Shown one piece after another: positions 37,908 to 47,319 of a DNA stretch of 64,000 nt. Numbering within the stretch: position 1 is the first letter of the stretch; each line of letters starts with the position of its first letter. The stretch covers positions 352,001-416,000 of the forward strand of contig OZ241863.1 in NCBI GenBank assembly GCA_965203055.1. The letters are read 5' to 3'. This stretch comes from Spirochaetia bacterium (GTDB taxonomy: Bacteria > Spirochaetota > Spirochaetia > SZUA-6 > Bin103). Position numbers and translations under genes: made by a program. The notes beneath the pieces were generated by a model. The model had not been told where the DNA came from, did no database searches, and was given only the letters and a program-made list of their open reading frames with translations.

Positions 37908-40403
37908 TTAGTAGTAGAGGGCGCGGAGGCTGACGGAGCGGCGCAGCGCGGCGACCGGGCCGCGCTTGCGCACCTCCCGCAGCGCTCGCTGGTAGTGCGC
38001 GCGCAGTTCCTGCCACGTGCGGCCGCGCTCTCCGGGGTCGTATGCGGTGCGGTAGCGCAGCATGGTGTAGAGGGCGGCGAAGCGCCCGATCTCGGGATAG
38101 CGCTCGGCGTACTGCCGCACCGTGTGAGACTGCGGCTTCAACGCGCAGCCGGCGCTGGCCATGCGCATGCACAGCAGTCGGCCGAGGGCGCGCAAGCCGC
38201 GCGCATCGCCGCGGCGGGCGCACAGCGCGAGCCAGCCTTCGCGGCCGTAGCGCAGCCCATAGGCGCCGGCGATGCCCAGCGCGGCCAGCGCCGCCGCTAC
38301 GGTCAAGGCGAAGCGCCAGGGGAATACGAAGTCGCGCGGCACCGGCACCTCCTCCACCTCGATGATCGGGATCACGATGTCCAGCGCGTTGGCGTCGGCG
38401 CCGGGCGGCGGGCTCTTGGCGAAGGCCGTGGTCTCGAAGTCCACCCAGCCGTAGTCGGGGAGCCAGAACTGGGTCCATGAGTGGCGGTGCGCCGAAGTGA
38501 TCAGGTAGAGGTCCTCCGGCGGATACTCCTGCAGCGGCTCGATCGACTGGCGCAGAATGGCCGCGCCGCGCGCGTGCTGCGGCGTCTGCAGCGAGTCGGC
38601 GCCGAGATACCCGGTCACTACCCGCGACGGGATGCCCAACATGCGGCCCAGAATCGCCGAGGCGTTGGAGAACTCCGTGCAGTCGCCGGAGCGCGTCTCG
38701 AACAGGAAATCGTCGACGTGAGCGACCGAAACGTCATCGGTAAAGCCGATCTCGTACTGGTAGTCGGCATAGCTGCGCAGCAGCAGGTCGATGCGGTCGT
38801 AGGCGTGCTCCGCAGCTCCCGTAACCCGGTCCGCGTAGGCCTGGAAGCGCGCCCGCCGCTCCGCGTCCAGCGGGACTTCGAGGTAGCCGCTCAGGCGTTC
38901 GCGCTCGGCGGCGGTCAGCGGCCGCGCCCGGCGCCACGCTTCGGGGTCGGTGGCGCTCACTTGCGAGACCACGCGGTAGGAGAGATCGAACGGGTGATAG
39001 CGGCGCTGCTGGACCGTGGGTTCCACCGCCTGCGGCCGGTAGGGCATGACCCGCTCCGGGATGGTGGAGAAGAAGGTATGCGCCAAGGGGGTGCGGCCGC
39101 GGTCGCGCGGCGGCGTGGGATCCTCCCAGGTTTCGAACAGCCGGCGGTGCACCAACTCGTTGAGCGGCTCCTCCCGCGAATAGGAGAGACCGTAGACGCC
39201 GTCGAACCTCCCGAAGTAGGCGTCGGCGGCGTACACCGGATCGCGCTGGCTGGCGATGATCATCACCGCGTACTGCTTGTTCTCGCCTTCGCCGTCGCCG
39301 CTGTCCTGATTGCCGTCGCCCTGGTCGCCGGCTTCGCCCTGGTTGGCGGTGCCGCTCTCGCCCGCCTGGCCGCCCGACTGCCCCTGCTCGCCCGCGCTGC
39401 CGCCGGCGCCGCCGGTAGCGTCGGCCGGCGCCGGGCGCGGCCGGGGTTGCGGCTGCGGTTGCCGGCGCTGCTCCCACTCCCGCGCCGGGATGCCCTCCAG
39501 CCCCGGCAGCCGGCCGCTGCCGCCCTGCTCCCCTTGCGCTTCCTGGGGAGGCTGCTGTTGGTTGCCCTGCCCGCCGCCGGACTGGTCGCGCGGCTCGAAC
39601 TGCTGCTGGCCGCGCAAGTTGCCGCCGGGCGGCGCGTCGCTGAAGTCGTCGACCGGCTGCGGCGGCGCCGGCGGCAACTCGTTGAGCTCGTTGAAGGCGA
39701 TCCGGTGCTCGACGAAGTCGGGCGGCAGGATGAGCGCCAGCACCACGATCAGCGGGACGATCGCCGCCGAGAACACGGTTAGCTCGCGGCGCCCGCGGCG
39801 GCGCTCCTCGGCGCGCCCCGCTCCCGGACGCCGGTTGGGGAACGCGGCCTGGTAGATGACGATGCCGTGCACCAGGAAGCCGGCGATGCTCACCAGCAGG
39901 AGCACCGTGGTGAGCAGCGAGCTAGCGCCCGAGATCGCTTCCGAGGCGCGCGAGAAGCGCAGCATCTTGACGTAGACGTAGCCGATGAAGAACAGCTCCG
40001 CGGCGGCCAGCGTGTGGCCGTACTCGCGCGCGCCGAAGATCAGCAGCGTGAGCAGGAAGGCGCCGGCGCCGGCCGCGGCCACCAGCCACGCCGCGCTGTC
40101 CAGGCCGGTGCCGAACGCGATCGCCGCCACGATCGCCAGGCCGGCCGCGGCCAGCAGCCGGGGCGGCTGCAGCCAGCGGCGCGCGCGGGCGGCCAGCCGC
40201 GCCGCCCGGCCGCGCCCGGCGGGCGCGGTCCCGCCCGCCACCGCGTGGCGCAGGGCGTAGGCCAGCAGCATCTCCAGCGGCACCAGGGCGAACCACACCA
40301 GGTATCCGGCGCGGTCGTAGGGCACCGTCACCGCGGGGTGCAGCAGCGGCATGGCCACCGCCGTGGCGTACACCAGCAGGCGGGTCAGGAAGAGGAGATG
40401 CAC
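37908..40403 (-). CDS. Membrane-bound transglutaminase-like protein
   Basis: N-terminal TM helices, Q/G-rich linker, and GDCTEFS / HSW / WVDFE putative catalytic motifs. Confidence 0.85.
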   Translation of the reverse strand: MHLLFLTRLLVYATAVAMPLLHPAVTVPYDRAGYLVWFALVPLEMLLAYALRHAVAGGTAPAGRGRAARLAARARRWLQPPRLLAAAGLAIVAAIAFGTGLDSAAWLVAAAGAGAFLLTLLIFGAREYGHTLAAAELFFIGYVYVKMLRFSRASEAISGASSLLTTVLLLVSIAGFLVHGIVIYQAAFPNRRPGAGRAEERRRGRRELTVFSAAIVPLIVVLALILPPDFVEHRIAFNELNELPPAPPQPVDDFSDAPPGGNLRGQQQFEPRDQSGGGQGNQQQPPQEAQGEQGGSGRLPGLEGIPAREWEQRRQPQPQPRPRPAPADATGGAGGSAGEQGQSGGQAGESGTANQGEAGDQGDGNQDSGDGEGENKQYAVMIIASQRDPVYAADAYFGRFDGVYGLSYSREEPLNELVHRRLFETWEDPTPPRDRGRTPLAHTFFSTIPERVMPYRPQAVEPTVQQRRYHPFDLSYRVVSQVSATDPEAWRRARPLTAAERERLSGYLEVPLDAERRARFQAYADRVTGAAEHAYDRIDLLLRSYADYQYEIGFTDDVSVAHVDDFLFETRSGDCTEFSNASAILGRMLGIPSRVVTGYLGADSLQTPQHARGAAILRQSIEPLQEYPPEDLYLITSAHRHSWTQFWLPDYGWVDFETTAFAKSPPPGADANALDIVIPIIEVEEVPVPRDFVFPWRFALTVAAALAALGIAGAYGLRYGREGWLALCARRGDARGLRALGRLLCMRMASAGCALKPQSHTVRQYAERYPEIGRFAALYTMLRYRTAYDPGERGRTWQELRAHYQRALREVRKRGPVAALRRSVSLRALYY

Positions 40404-41779
40404 AGGTAGCTCACTTTGAGGGGCTGCTCTTCGCGCAGGCCCGGGCGCGGGCCGGCGACCGCCTCCGCGGCCGGCAGGTCCCGCATGCGCCGCTCGCGCG
40501 CCAGCAGCCAGCGGCCGCCGGCGCAGGTGGGCAGCGGCGCCTCGCTGAGGCTCATCCGGTAGGCATGCGCGCCATCTTCCGCCGCCTCCGCCGGGACGCT
40601 GCGGAACAGGTTGACGTAGTGCGCGCCGCTGCGCTCCACGAAGCGCGGCAGATCCTCGTCGAACGCCGTCGAGAAGATGAACAGCTCCCGGGCCGGCGCG
40701 GCGCCGGCGGCGGGAGGCTCCGCGGTCAGGTGCAACTCGGCGAGCTGCCGCGCGAACCCCTCGATCTCCTCCGGCGTCGCGAGGCGATGGGTCTCGCCGC
40801 CGGTGTCCACCACGAAGATGAACTCGGGATGGCGTTGCTTGACCACGCGCAGGAAGGTCAGCAGCCAGCTCTTGATGAAGTCCAGATGCAGCACCGCGGC
40901 CAGGGTCTCGCCGCCGCGGCGCCGGCAGCGGCGCAACACGACGTGCAGTTCCGGGGTCTGCTCCTGCGTGAGCGGGGAGATACGGGTGATCAGTTCGCCC
41001 AACCGGCTGGTCGCCTTCCAGTTGATGTCCTTCATGCGGTCGCCGGGCACGTACTCGCGCATGAAGTACTGCTCCTCGTCGGAGGTGCGGGAGCGCTGCG
41101 TGGTGTCGTAACCGGCGGAAATCTCCACCGGCGGGGTGGATTGCTCGCCGAGCAGTCCGGGGCGCACCACCAGCGCGCGCCGCTCGGGCGCGCGAATCGG
41201 GGCGCGCGTGAGCCCGAACACGTCGCGCACCGTGAGCCGCCCGGTCAGCTCCAGCCGCCCGCTGCAGGGAAACCAGAGCGGGATCGCCGCCTCGCCGCCC
41301 GGCGTGGCCACTTCGCGGTAGCCGCGCAGGGTGGCGCGCCGCCCTGCCTGCAGCCGCCAGGTGACGCGCAGGTGGATGCGGTAGAACAGCCAGCTCCGGG
41401 CGCTGCGGGTGCGCAGCCGGTGCCGGGAGCCGAGCTCGCGGGCGGCCAGCGGCGCGGAACTGTCCCACTCGAACTCGACCAGCTTGCAGCGGTAGGCCTG
41501 CAGCCGGCCGAGCGCGGCCAGCGCCAGCAGGATCAGGAAGCCGGTGCTGGCGAGCAGAAACTCATGCGGGGAGCCGCTCGCGAAGGCGCTGCCCAGCAGG
41601 TAGACCGCGGCCCCGGCCAGCGCGCTGCCGAGCAACGTGAGCGGGTAGTAGTGCAGCGCCAGCCGCGCCGCGCCACGCAAGGACTGCGCTTCGCCGCCGC
41701 GCCCGGCCCGCGCCGCCGCGCCCCGGGTAAAGCGCGCCTCCCCGGCGGCTGCGCGGTGGAAGGTTGCGCTCGCAGCCAT
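40385..41779 (-). CDS. DUF58 domain protein
   Basis: RDVFGL and REYVPGD...INWKATSR motifs. Lies between MoxR and the transglutaminase. Confidence 0.88.
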   Translation of the reverse strand: MAASATFHRAAAGEARFTRGAAARAGRGGEAQSLRGAARLALHYYPLTLLGSALAGAAVYLLGSAFASGSPHEFLLASTGFLILLALAALGRLQAYRCKLVEFEWDSSAPLAARELGSRHRLRTRSARSWLFYRIHLRVTWRLQAGRRATLRGYREVATPGGEAAIPLWFPCSGRLELTGRLTVRDVFGLTRAPIRAPERRALVVRPGLLGEQSTPPVEISAGYDTTQRSRTSDEEQYFMREYVPGDRMKDINWKATSRLGELITRISPLTQEQTPELHVVLRRCRRRGGETLAAVLHLDFIKSWLLTFLRVVKQRHPEFIFVVDTGGETHRLATPEEIEGFARQLAELHLTAEPPAAGAAPARELFIFSTAFDEDLPRFVERSGAHYVNLFRSVPAEAAEDGAHAYRMSLSEAPLPTCAGGRWLLARERRMRDLPAAEAVAGPRPGLREEQPLKVSYLCISSS

Positions 41780-41788
41780 GCGCCGCCG

Positions 41789-42916
41789 TCAGGAGGTCGC
41801 GGCAACCGGCGCCGGCCCGCCGTCCAGGCGAACCTGCGCCGCGGGCCGGCGGCCATCCACCGGAACCGTGTCCAGGAGCTCTTCAAGCACGCCGGCGGCG
41901 GGGGTGGCCGGATCCTGCATGATCAGCCGGTGCGCCACCGTCGGAAGGAAGATCTCCTTGATCAGATCGATCGACACCCAGTTGTCGCCGCGCACCAGCG
42001 CCAACGCGCGGGCCAGGCGTGACACCTTGATCCCCGAGCGCGGGCTGGCGCCGGTCTCGACCGCTGGATGGCCGCGCGTCTGGCGGATCAGCGTGACCAG
42101 GTAGGCGATCACCTCCTCGTGGATGGTGACCGCGTCCACCATCCCCTGCCACTCGTTGAGCCGGGTCTGCCCCACCACCGGCGCGAACCCGCGCCAGGAG
42201 TCGTCGCGGCCGTGTTGATGCACGATCCGTTCCTCATCGTCGTCGCTGGGGTAGCCGAGCGAAAGCTGCACCATGAAGCGGTCGAGCTGCGGCACCGGCA
42301 GCGGGAACAGGTGCGCGCCCTTCAAGTTCATGGTAGCGATGATGAAGAACGGGTCGGGAAGGTGATAGGTCTTGCCCTCGATGGAGATCGCCTGCTCTTC
42401 CATCGCCTGGAAGAAGCTGCCCTGGGTCTTGGGGGTGAGCAGGTTGATCTCGTCGCACAGCACGAAGTGGGCAAAGATCGGCCCGCGGTTGAAGATCAGG
42501 GAGCTGGTGCTGAGTTCGTAGCGGGAGAAGCCGAGAATGTCCTGCGGCAGCAGATCGACCGTGCACTGGATGCGGCTGAAGCTCTCGATCGGCACGTTCT
42601 CCGCCGACAGATCCGCGTGCGCGAACTCGCCATCCGCGCCGTCCGGTCCGCCGCGGCCCGGTCCCCGCCAGTCGATCGATTGCGCCAGCGCCCTGGCGAG
42701 CGAGGTCTTGCCGACGCCGTGGGAGTCGGCCAGGATCACGTGGCCGCCGGCGATCTTGGCCGCGATCAGGTATTCCAGCGTGCGCGGGTCGATGTAGATC
42801 AGCGAGCGCACGTTGTCCAGCAGGCGCTGAATCTCGGCGCTGACCGCCTGCGCCGCGGCGGCGCTGAGGATGGGGTGGCCGTTGTCTGGCGCCGCGGCAT
42901 CCACGAGGCTACGCAC
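41789..42916 (-). CDS. MoxR family AAA+ ATPase
   Basis: GVGKT, RIQCTVDLLPQDILG, DEIN, QLDRF and GASPR motifs. GTG start 10 nt after TATCAT. Confidence 0.9.
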   Translation of the reverse strand: MRSLVDAAAPDNGHPILSAAAAQAVSAEIQRLLDNVRSLIYIDPRTLEYLIAAKIAGGHVILADSHGVGKTSLARALAQSIDWRGPGRGGPDGADGEFAHADLSAENVPIESFSRIQCTVDLLPQDILGFSRYELSTSSLIFNRGPIFAHFVLCDEINLLTPKTQGSFFQAMEEQAISIEGKTYHLPDPFFIIATMNLKGAHLFPLPVPQLDRFMVQLSLGYPSDDDEERIVHQHGRDDSWRGFAPVVGQTRLNEWQGMVDAVTIHEEVIAYLVTLIRQTRGHPAVETGASPRSGIKVSRLARALALVRGDNWVSIDLIKEIFLPTVAHRLIMQDPATPAAGVLEELLDTVPVDGRRPAAQVRLDGGPAPVAATS

Positions 42917-43016
42917 GATGCCGCCAATGATACCGCACCCCCCACCGTGAGGAAAGCCGCGGCGCGCCGCCGGGCCGCAGCCCCGGGGCAGCATAGGTTC
43001 AACACGGTAGCCGGGG

Positions 43017-43272
43017 CTGCGCGTTCCCGGTTGGGCGCAGGCGGCGTCGCTGACGGTCTATGGCTGCCCCGCCCCGGTGGCCGGCGCCGGCGCTTTCCAC
43101 ACCATCGAGCGGGACTGGAACGGCACCAGCGAGATCGCGTGCTGTCGCTGCCGATGGCGCCGCGCATCCTCCCGCGGCCGCTGGGGCCGCCGGCCCGCCG
43201 GAGGAGCTGATCCTGATCCCCTACGGCTGCAGCAACCTGCGCATCGCCGAGTTCCCCCTGCTGCCCCGCTGA
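43017..43272 (+). pseudogene. Remnant of a GH127-like (beta-L-arabinofuranosidase) gene
   Basis: Pieces LRVPGWA..LTV, FHTIERDW, VLSLPMAPR and EELILIPYGCSNLRIAEFP lie in shifting frames. No catalytic domain and no start. Confidence 0.65.
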
Positions 43273-43515
43273 GCGGCGCAGCTTAGCTTAGCTTAGCTGA
43301 TGCGGCGAGCCAGTCCGCTCACCTCGGCGGTTGACCATAGGTTTTCCGCGGTCCCGTAAGCGTGCGAGTGGCGACATCGAAGGTCAGTCCTTCCGGCGTT
43401 GGTTCAAGAGTGTATGTAAGCGTCCCGTCGCCGCCGCTTGCTGCCGGCAGCACCAGTTGCCCAATACTGACGCCTACAGTGTAGTACTTGGCTGGCAGCC
43501 TGTTGGCGGAGGCGT

Positions 43516-44919
43516 GAGATATTGTCAAGTCTTGTGGATTGAGAATCAGCGAGCGCATCTCCAATCGTTCTGTCGTCTCTCTAAGCCGCTGCCTCCGTCA
43601 GCTCGCCGTCTACGAATTCACGCCCCTCCATCACCAGGGGTATGAGTTTGAAGCCCATCAGCCGGCGCCACCTCCGCTGCGCTTCCAGCGCCAGCTTCCA
43701 GACCATCGTCAGCGTCGCCGCCCGCGACCCGCAGCCCTTCGTCCGCTTCGTCCGCAGCCGCACCGTCGCATACGTCGACTCGATCGGGTTGCTGGTCCGC
43801 AGATGGATCCAGTGCGCCGCCGGAAACCCATAGAAGCTGAACAGCGAGCCTTCATCCTTGCGCAGGCTGGCGACCGCCTTCGGGTACTTCGCCTCCCACG
43901 CCGTGCAGAACTGGTGGTAGGCGCTGGTAGCATGCTCCAACGACGGCGCTTGCCACATCTCGCGGATCATCGTCTTCGCCCGCCCCTGCACCGACTGCGG
44001 CATCTTGTCCAGCACGTTGCCGGCCTTGTGGAACCAGCAGGTCTGTTCCTCCGTTCCCGGATACACCTCCCGCAACGCCGCCCAGAATCCCAACGCCCCG
44101 TCCGCCGTCGCCAGCCGCGGCCCCTTCGTCAGCCCACGCCGCCGCAGGTCCAACAGCAGCTCACACCACGCCGTCTTGCTCTCCCGGTAGCCGTCGCTGA
44201 CCGCCACCACTTCCTTGCGCCCCTGCTCGTCGGCGCCCATGATCACCAGGATGCAACTGCGCTCCTCGTCCAGTCGCACGTTCACGTGCAGGCCGTCGGC
44301 CCAGAAGTACACGTACCTCTTGCCGCTCAGATCACGCTGCGTCCACTCCCGGTACTCCGCTTCCCACACCTTCTTCAGCCGCACCACGTTGGTCGCGCTC
44401 AGCCCTGCGGCCTGCTCTCCCAGGATCGCCGCCAGCGCCTGCGAGAAGTCCCCGCTCGATACCCCCTTCAGGTACAGCGTCGGTATCAGGCTGTCCACAC
44501 TCGGCGTCCGTCTCGCGTAGCGCGGCAGGATCGCGCTGCTGAACCTCGACTCTCCCTGCTTGGCGAGCTGGCGGTCATCGACCCGCGGCTGCCGGATCGG
44601 GATCGGACCGATCCCGGTGACCAACGAGCGCTTCGGCAGATGGCCGTTGCGGACCGCCAGCCGGTGGCCGTGCTGATCCCGCTGGTCAGCGTACCGCGCC
44701 AGGAACTCGTCCACTTCCGCCTCCAGCGCCGCAGCCAGCATCTGCCGCGCTCCGGCGCGTACGATCTCATCCAGAATGGCACCAGGACCTTGAGGACCTT
44801 GAGCCTCGGTGGTCCTGCCGGTATTGTTCTCCACGAGCGTACTCCTCCTGATTCGTGGTTGAATCGTTCTTGGGAGGATGCGCTCTTTTCATCCCATCCA
44901 CAACTTCCGGTTATATCTC
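43516..44919 (-). mobile_element. IS256 family insertion sequence, 1404 bp
   Basis: Imperfect IRs GAGATAT...TTGTGGAT. 9-bp TSD CGGAGGCGT at 43507-43515 and 44920-44928. Confidence 0.93.
43581..44834 (-). CDS. IS256 family transposase
   Basis: RNG, LYLKGVS, WADG, ADGALGF, CWFHK and RTSNPIES motifs. RBS GGAGGAG. Confidence 0.95.
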   Translation of the reverse strand: MENNTGRTTEAQGPQGPGAILDEIVRAGARQMLAAALEAEVDEFLARYADQRDQHGHRLAVRNGHLPKRSLVTGIGPIPIRQPRVDDRQLAKQGESRFSSAILPRYARRTPSVDSLIPTLYLKGVSSGDFSQALAAILGEQAAGLSATNVVRLKKVWEAEYREWTQRDLSGKRYVYFWADGLHVNVRLDEERSCILVIMGADEQGRKEVVAVSDGYRESKTAWCELLLDLRRRGLTKGPRLATADGALGFWAALREVYPGTEEQTCWFHKAGNVLDKMPQSVQGRAKTMIREMWQAPSLEHATSAYHQFCTAWEAKYPKAVASLRKDEGSLFSFYGFPAAHWIHLRTSNPIESTYATVRLRTKRTKGCGSRAATLTMVWKLALEAQRRWRRLMGFKLIPLVMEGREFVDGELTEAAA

Positions 44920-44958
44920 CGGAGGCGTATGGGTCGCCGTTACCCTCAAAGCTGGGAG

Positions 44959-46214
44959 GGGCGCACTTCCAATTTGTAGGTAGGCCCAAATAGAGAAGCC
45001 CTCCCAGCGACAGGTGATGTAACATCAGGCCGTCACTGGGAGGGCAACATATGTGTGATTCATTGGTAACCGAGATTCTCAACTACTGCAAGGCCACCTG
45101 TGGTCTCGAACTGGGCCGCGCTAGCGGTCCCCACGACCTGTTGCGGGCAGAACTGAGTCTCCTCAAGTGCTTGGTGCGCCTGTGCCGCGCCGCCATGGTG
45201 GAGTGGTTCAAGGAACTGGGCCGCGATTACCGCGGCGCCACGGTCCAGCGCAACGGGGTGTCGTATCGGTTTGTCGGCCACCGCTCCAAGACCCTGCACG
45301 GACTGTTCGGGACGGTACCCTACGAACGGGCCTACTACGCCAGCGGTAGCGGCCAGGGCTGGGCGCCGTTGGATGAGCGGCTCGGCATCAAGCGCGGCCA
45401 TACGCCGGGCTGCCAGTACTTTCTGAGTCAGTTCGTAGCGCGCCAGGCGCACGCAGAGAGTCTGCGGCAGTTTCACGAGGTGTTCCGCGCCGACGGCGGG
45501 GAGCTGGTGTCGGAGAAGAAGGCGTTCACGATGGTGCAGGAGGTAACGGAGGGGTTGGAACGGCAGCGCCAGCAGGAGGTGGACAACTACCAGCAGACTG
45601 CGGCGGGGCCGGAGCTGCACGAGTCGATAGGCGGGACGGTGGCGGTGTGCATCGACGCGGGGAAGGTGCCGGTGCGCGGCAAGGAGCGGGTAGATGATGC
45701 CGGGAAGAAGCGCTACGAGCGGGAGTACCGGGACGCCAAGGTGGCGGCGGAGGCGAGTCGGAGCGTCTACGGGGAGAGGAGCAAGCAGGCAGAGGAATGC
45801 TTTCGGAGGTGGCGGACGATGCTGCGCGGCAGTCGGGCGGGGGAAGTGATAGAGGAGCTGGAGGAGTTGCGCGACGGCGTGGGGTTGAGTGCCCGGCAGC
45901 GGCACGAGGTGCAGGGGGAGATCAACTACTTGAAGAGCAACCAGGGACGGATGGACTACCGGCGGTACCGGCGGGAGGGGCTGCCGATCGGCAGTGGGGC
46001 GGTGGAGAGTACGTGCAAGAACATGGTGGGGGCGCGGCTGAAGGGGAGCGGGATGATCTGGTCGTTGGGCGGGGCGCAGGGGATGCTGCAGCTCTGCACC
46101 TCGGTGAAGAGCGGGCGGTTCAAAAGGGACTACGCGAGCCTGCTGTCCGCCTCGGTGCCGCAGGAGGCCCAGCCACAGGCCGCCTGACGCTACCTACGTT
46201 TTGGAAGTGCGCCC
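44959..46214 (+). mobile_element. ISKra4/ISLre2-like insertion sequence, 1256 bp
   Basis: 25-bp IRs GGGCGCACTTCCAA(TTT/AAC)GTAGGTAG. 8-bp TSD GCTGGGAG at 44951-44958 and 46215-46222. Confidence 0.9.
45051..46187 (+). CDS. ISKra4-like transposase, probably with an internal in-frame deletion
   Basis: PLDERLG, CIDAG and RMDY...GLPIGSGAVESTCK motifs. No recognisable second Asp or DxxH region between RDAKVA and AEASRS. Confidence 0.75.
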   Translation: MCDSLVTEILNYCKATCGLELGRASGPHDLLRAELSLLKCLVRLCRAAMVEWFKELGRDYRGATVQRNGVSYRFVGHRSKTLHGLFGTVPYERAYYASGSGQGWAPLDERLGIKRGHTPGCQYFLSQFVARQAHAESLRQFHEVFRADGGELVSEKKAFTMVQEVTEGLERQRQQEVDNYQQTAAGPELHESIGGTVAVCIDAGKVPVRGKERVDDAGKKRYEREYRDAKVAAEASRSVYGERSKQAEECFRRWRTMLRGSRAGEVIEELEELRDGVGLSARQRHEVQGEINYLKSNQGRMDYRRYRREGLPIGSGAVESTCKNMVGARLKGSGMIWSLGGAQGMLQLCTSVKSGRFKRDYASLLSASVPQEAQPQAA

Positions 46215-46577
46215 GCTGGGAGTCAGGTCAGGCGGAGGTTCAGCAACAGGTTTAGGATCATCGCTCTCGCCGGATGCTGGGCTTGGGGTGTCGGGTGTTG
46301 AATGCGACGATGGCTTGGCTACAGGGTCATCGCATCCCGAAACGACTATAGCCACTATGAGCAAACTCATCATCATCCACCCGACCTTCACTAAGCTGAA
46401 ACTACTGGCCTGCCCTATGGCAGTTACTTTCGCGAAGGTCGCTATGCTCATACTTCGCTACCTAACACAACGGTAACCGTCGCGCATTCTTTTCGTTATT
46501 GGTCACATGTGGCATGCAAAACGTCATCAGGATACCGAGGAACGCGAAGCTGCCGATCATCCACGAAGGCTGGGGTT

Positions 46578-47183
46578 GTGAGCGAGCCTGAGGCGTCGAT
46601 CACCGCCGGCATCGAGCCGCAGCACGTCGAGGACGCGCTGCGCATCGTCCACGAAGCGTTCGCTCGGAAGCTGCGCCACGGCTTCCGCGACGCCGACGAC
46701 CTGGTGCGTCTGTTCCACGACTCCGTGGAGCGGACCAACTGCCATTCCGCAGTCGTCGACGGCCGCTGCCTCGGACTGCTGACGTTCGCCGTGACGGGCC
46801 GCGAGTTCTACCGACTGCGCGCAGCCGCTCTGTTCAGCCGATTTTCTCCCTGGCGCGCGCTTCACATGCTGTTCAACGGCTTGCTGCTGATACACACGCC
46901 AGCGCCCGACGAGTATTACGTGGAGTCGATCTCGGTCGCGCCCGCGGCGCGCGGGTTGGGGCTGGGAGCGGCGCTGATGCGGCGGGCGGAGGAGCAGGCG
47001 GTCGCTATGGGCAAGCGCCGGATGTCGCTGAACGTGATCGGGGAGAATGAAGGGGCGATTCGGCTGTACGAGCGTCTGGGCTATCGGATCACCCGGACGC
47101 AGCGGGGCTCTTTGGTTCGGCTCGCGACCGGTTCGGAGATCGTCCACCGGATGGAGAAGCCGCTGGCCTCTGACGGCGGCTAG
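46578..47183 (+). CDS. GNAT family N-acetyltransferase
   Basis: ISVAPAARGLGLG and N..AIRLYERLGY motifs. Confidence 0.88.
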   Translation: MSEPEASITAGIEPQHVEDALRIVHEAFARKLRHGFRDADDLVRLFHDSVERTNCHSAVVDGRCLGLLTFAVTGREFYRLRAAALFSRFSPWRALHMLFNGLLLIHTPAPDEYYVESISVAPAARGLGLGAALMRRAEEQAVAMGKRRMSLNVIGENEGAIRLYERLGYRITRTQRGSLVRLATGSEIVHRMEKPLASDGG

Positions 47184-47319
47184 AGATAGACGGCGGCTAG
47201 GGTCTGTCTACACTACCGGCGCCGGGGATGCTATCTTCGTCCGGCACGATGCCGGACACCCGGACCGTCCGCCGGCCGCCCTTGACATTCGCATCCTTGA
47301 CGCCTGCTACTGCCGCGTG

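Larger units (their letters stand above)
43319..46451 (-). pseudogene. Lipoprotein with a He_PIG-like (putative Ig) domain, interrupted by two IS elements
   Basis: Removing both IS elements and one TSD copy each gives a 456-nt in-frame ORF: lipobox VSGC...PDLTPSFEGNGDPYASANRLPAKYYTVG...LPAASGGDGTLTYTL...GLTFDVATRTLTG. Confidence 0.85.
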
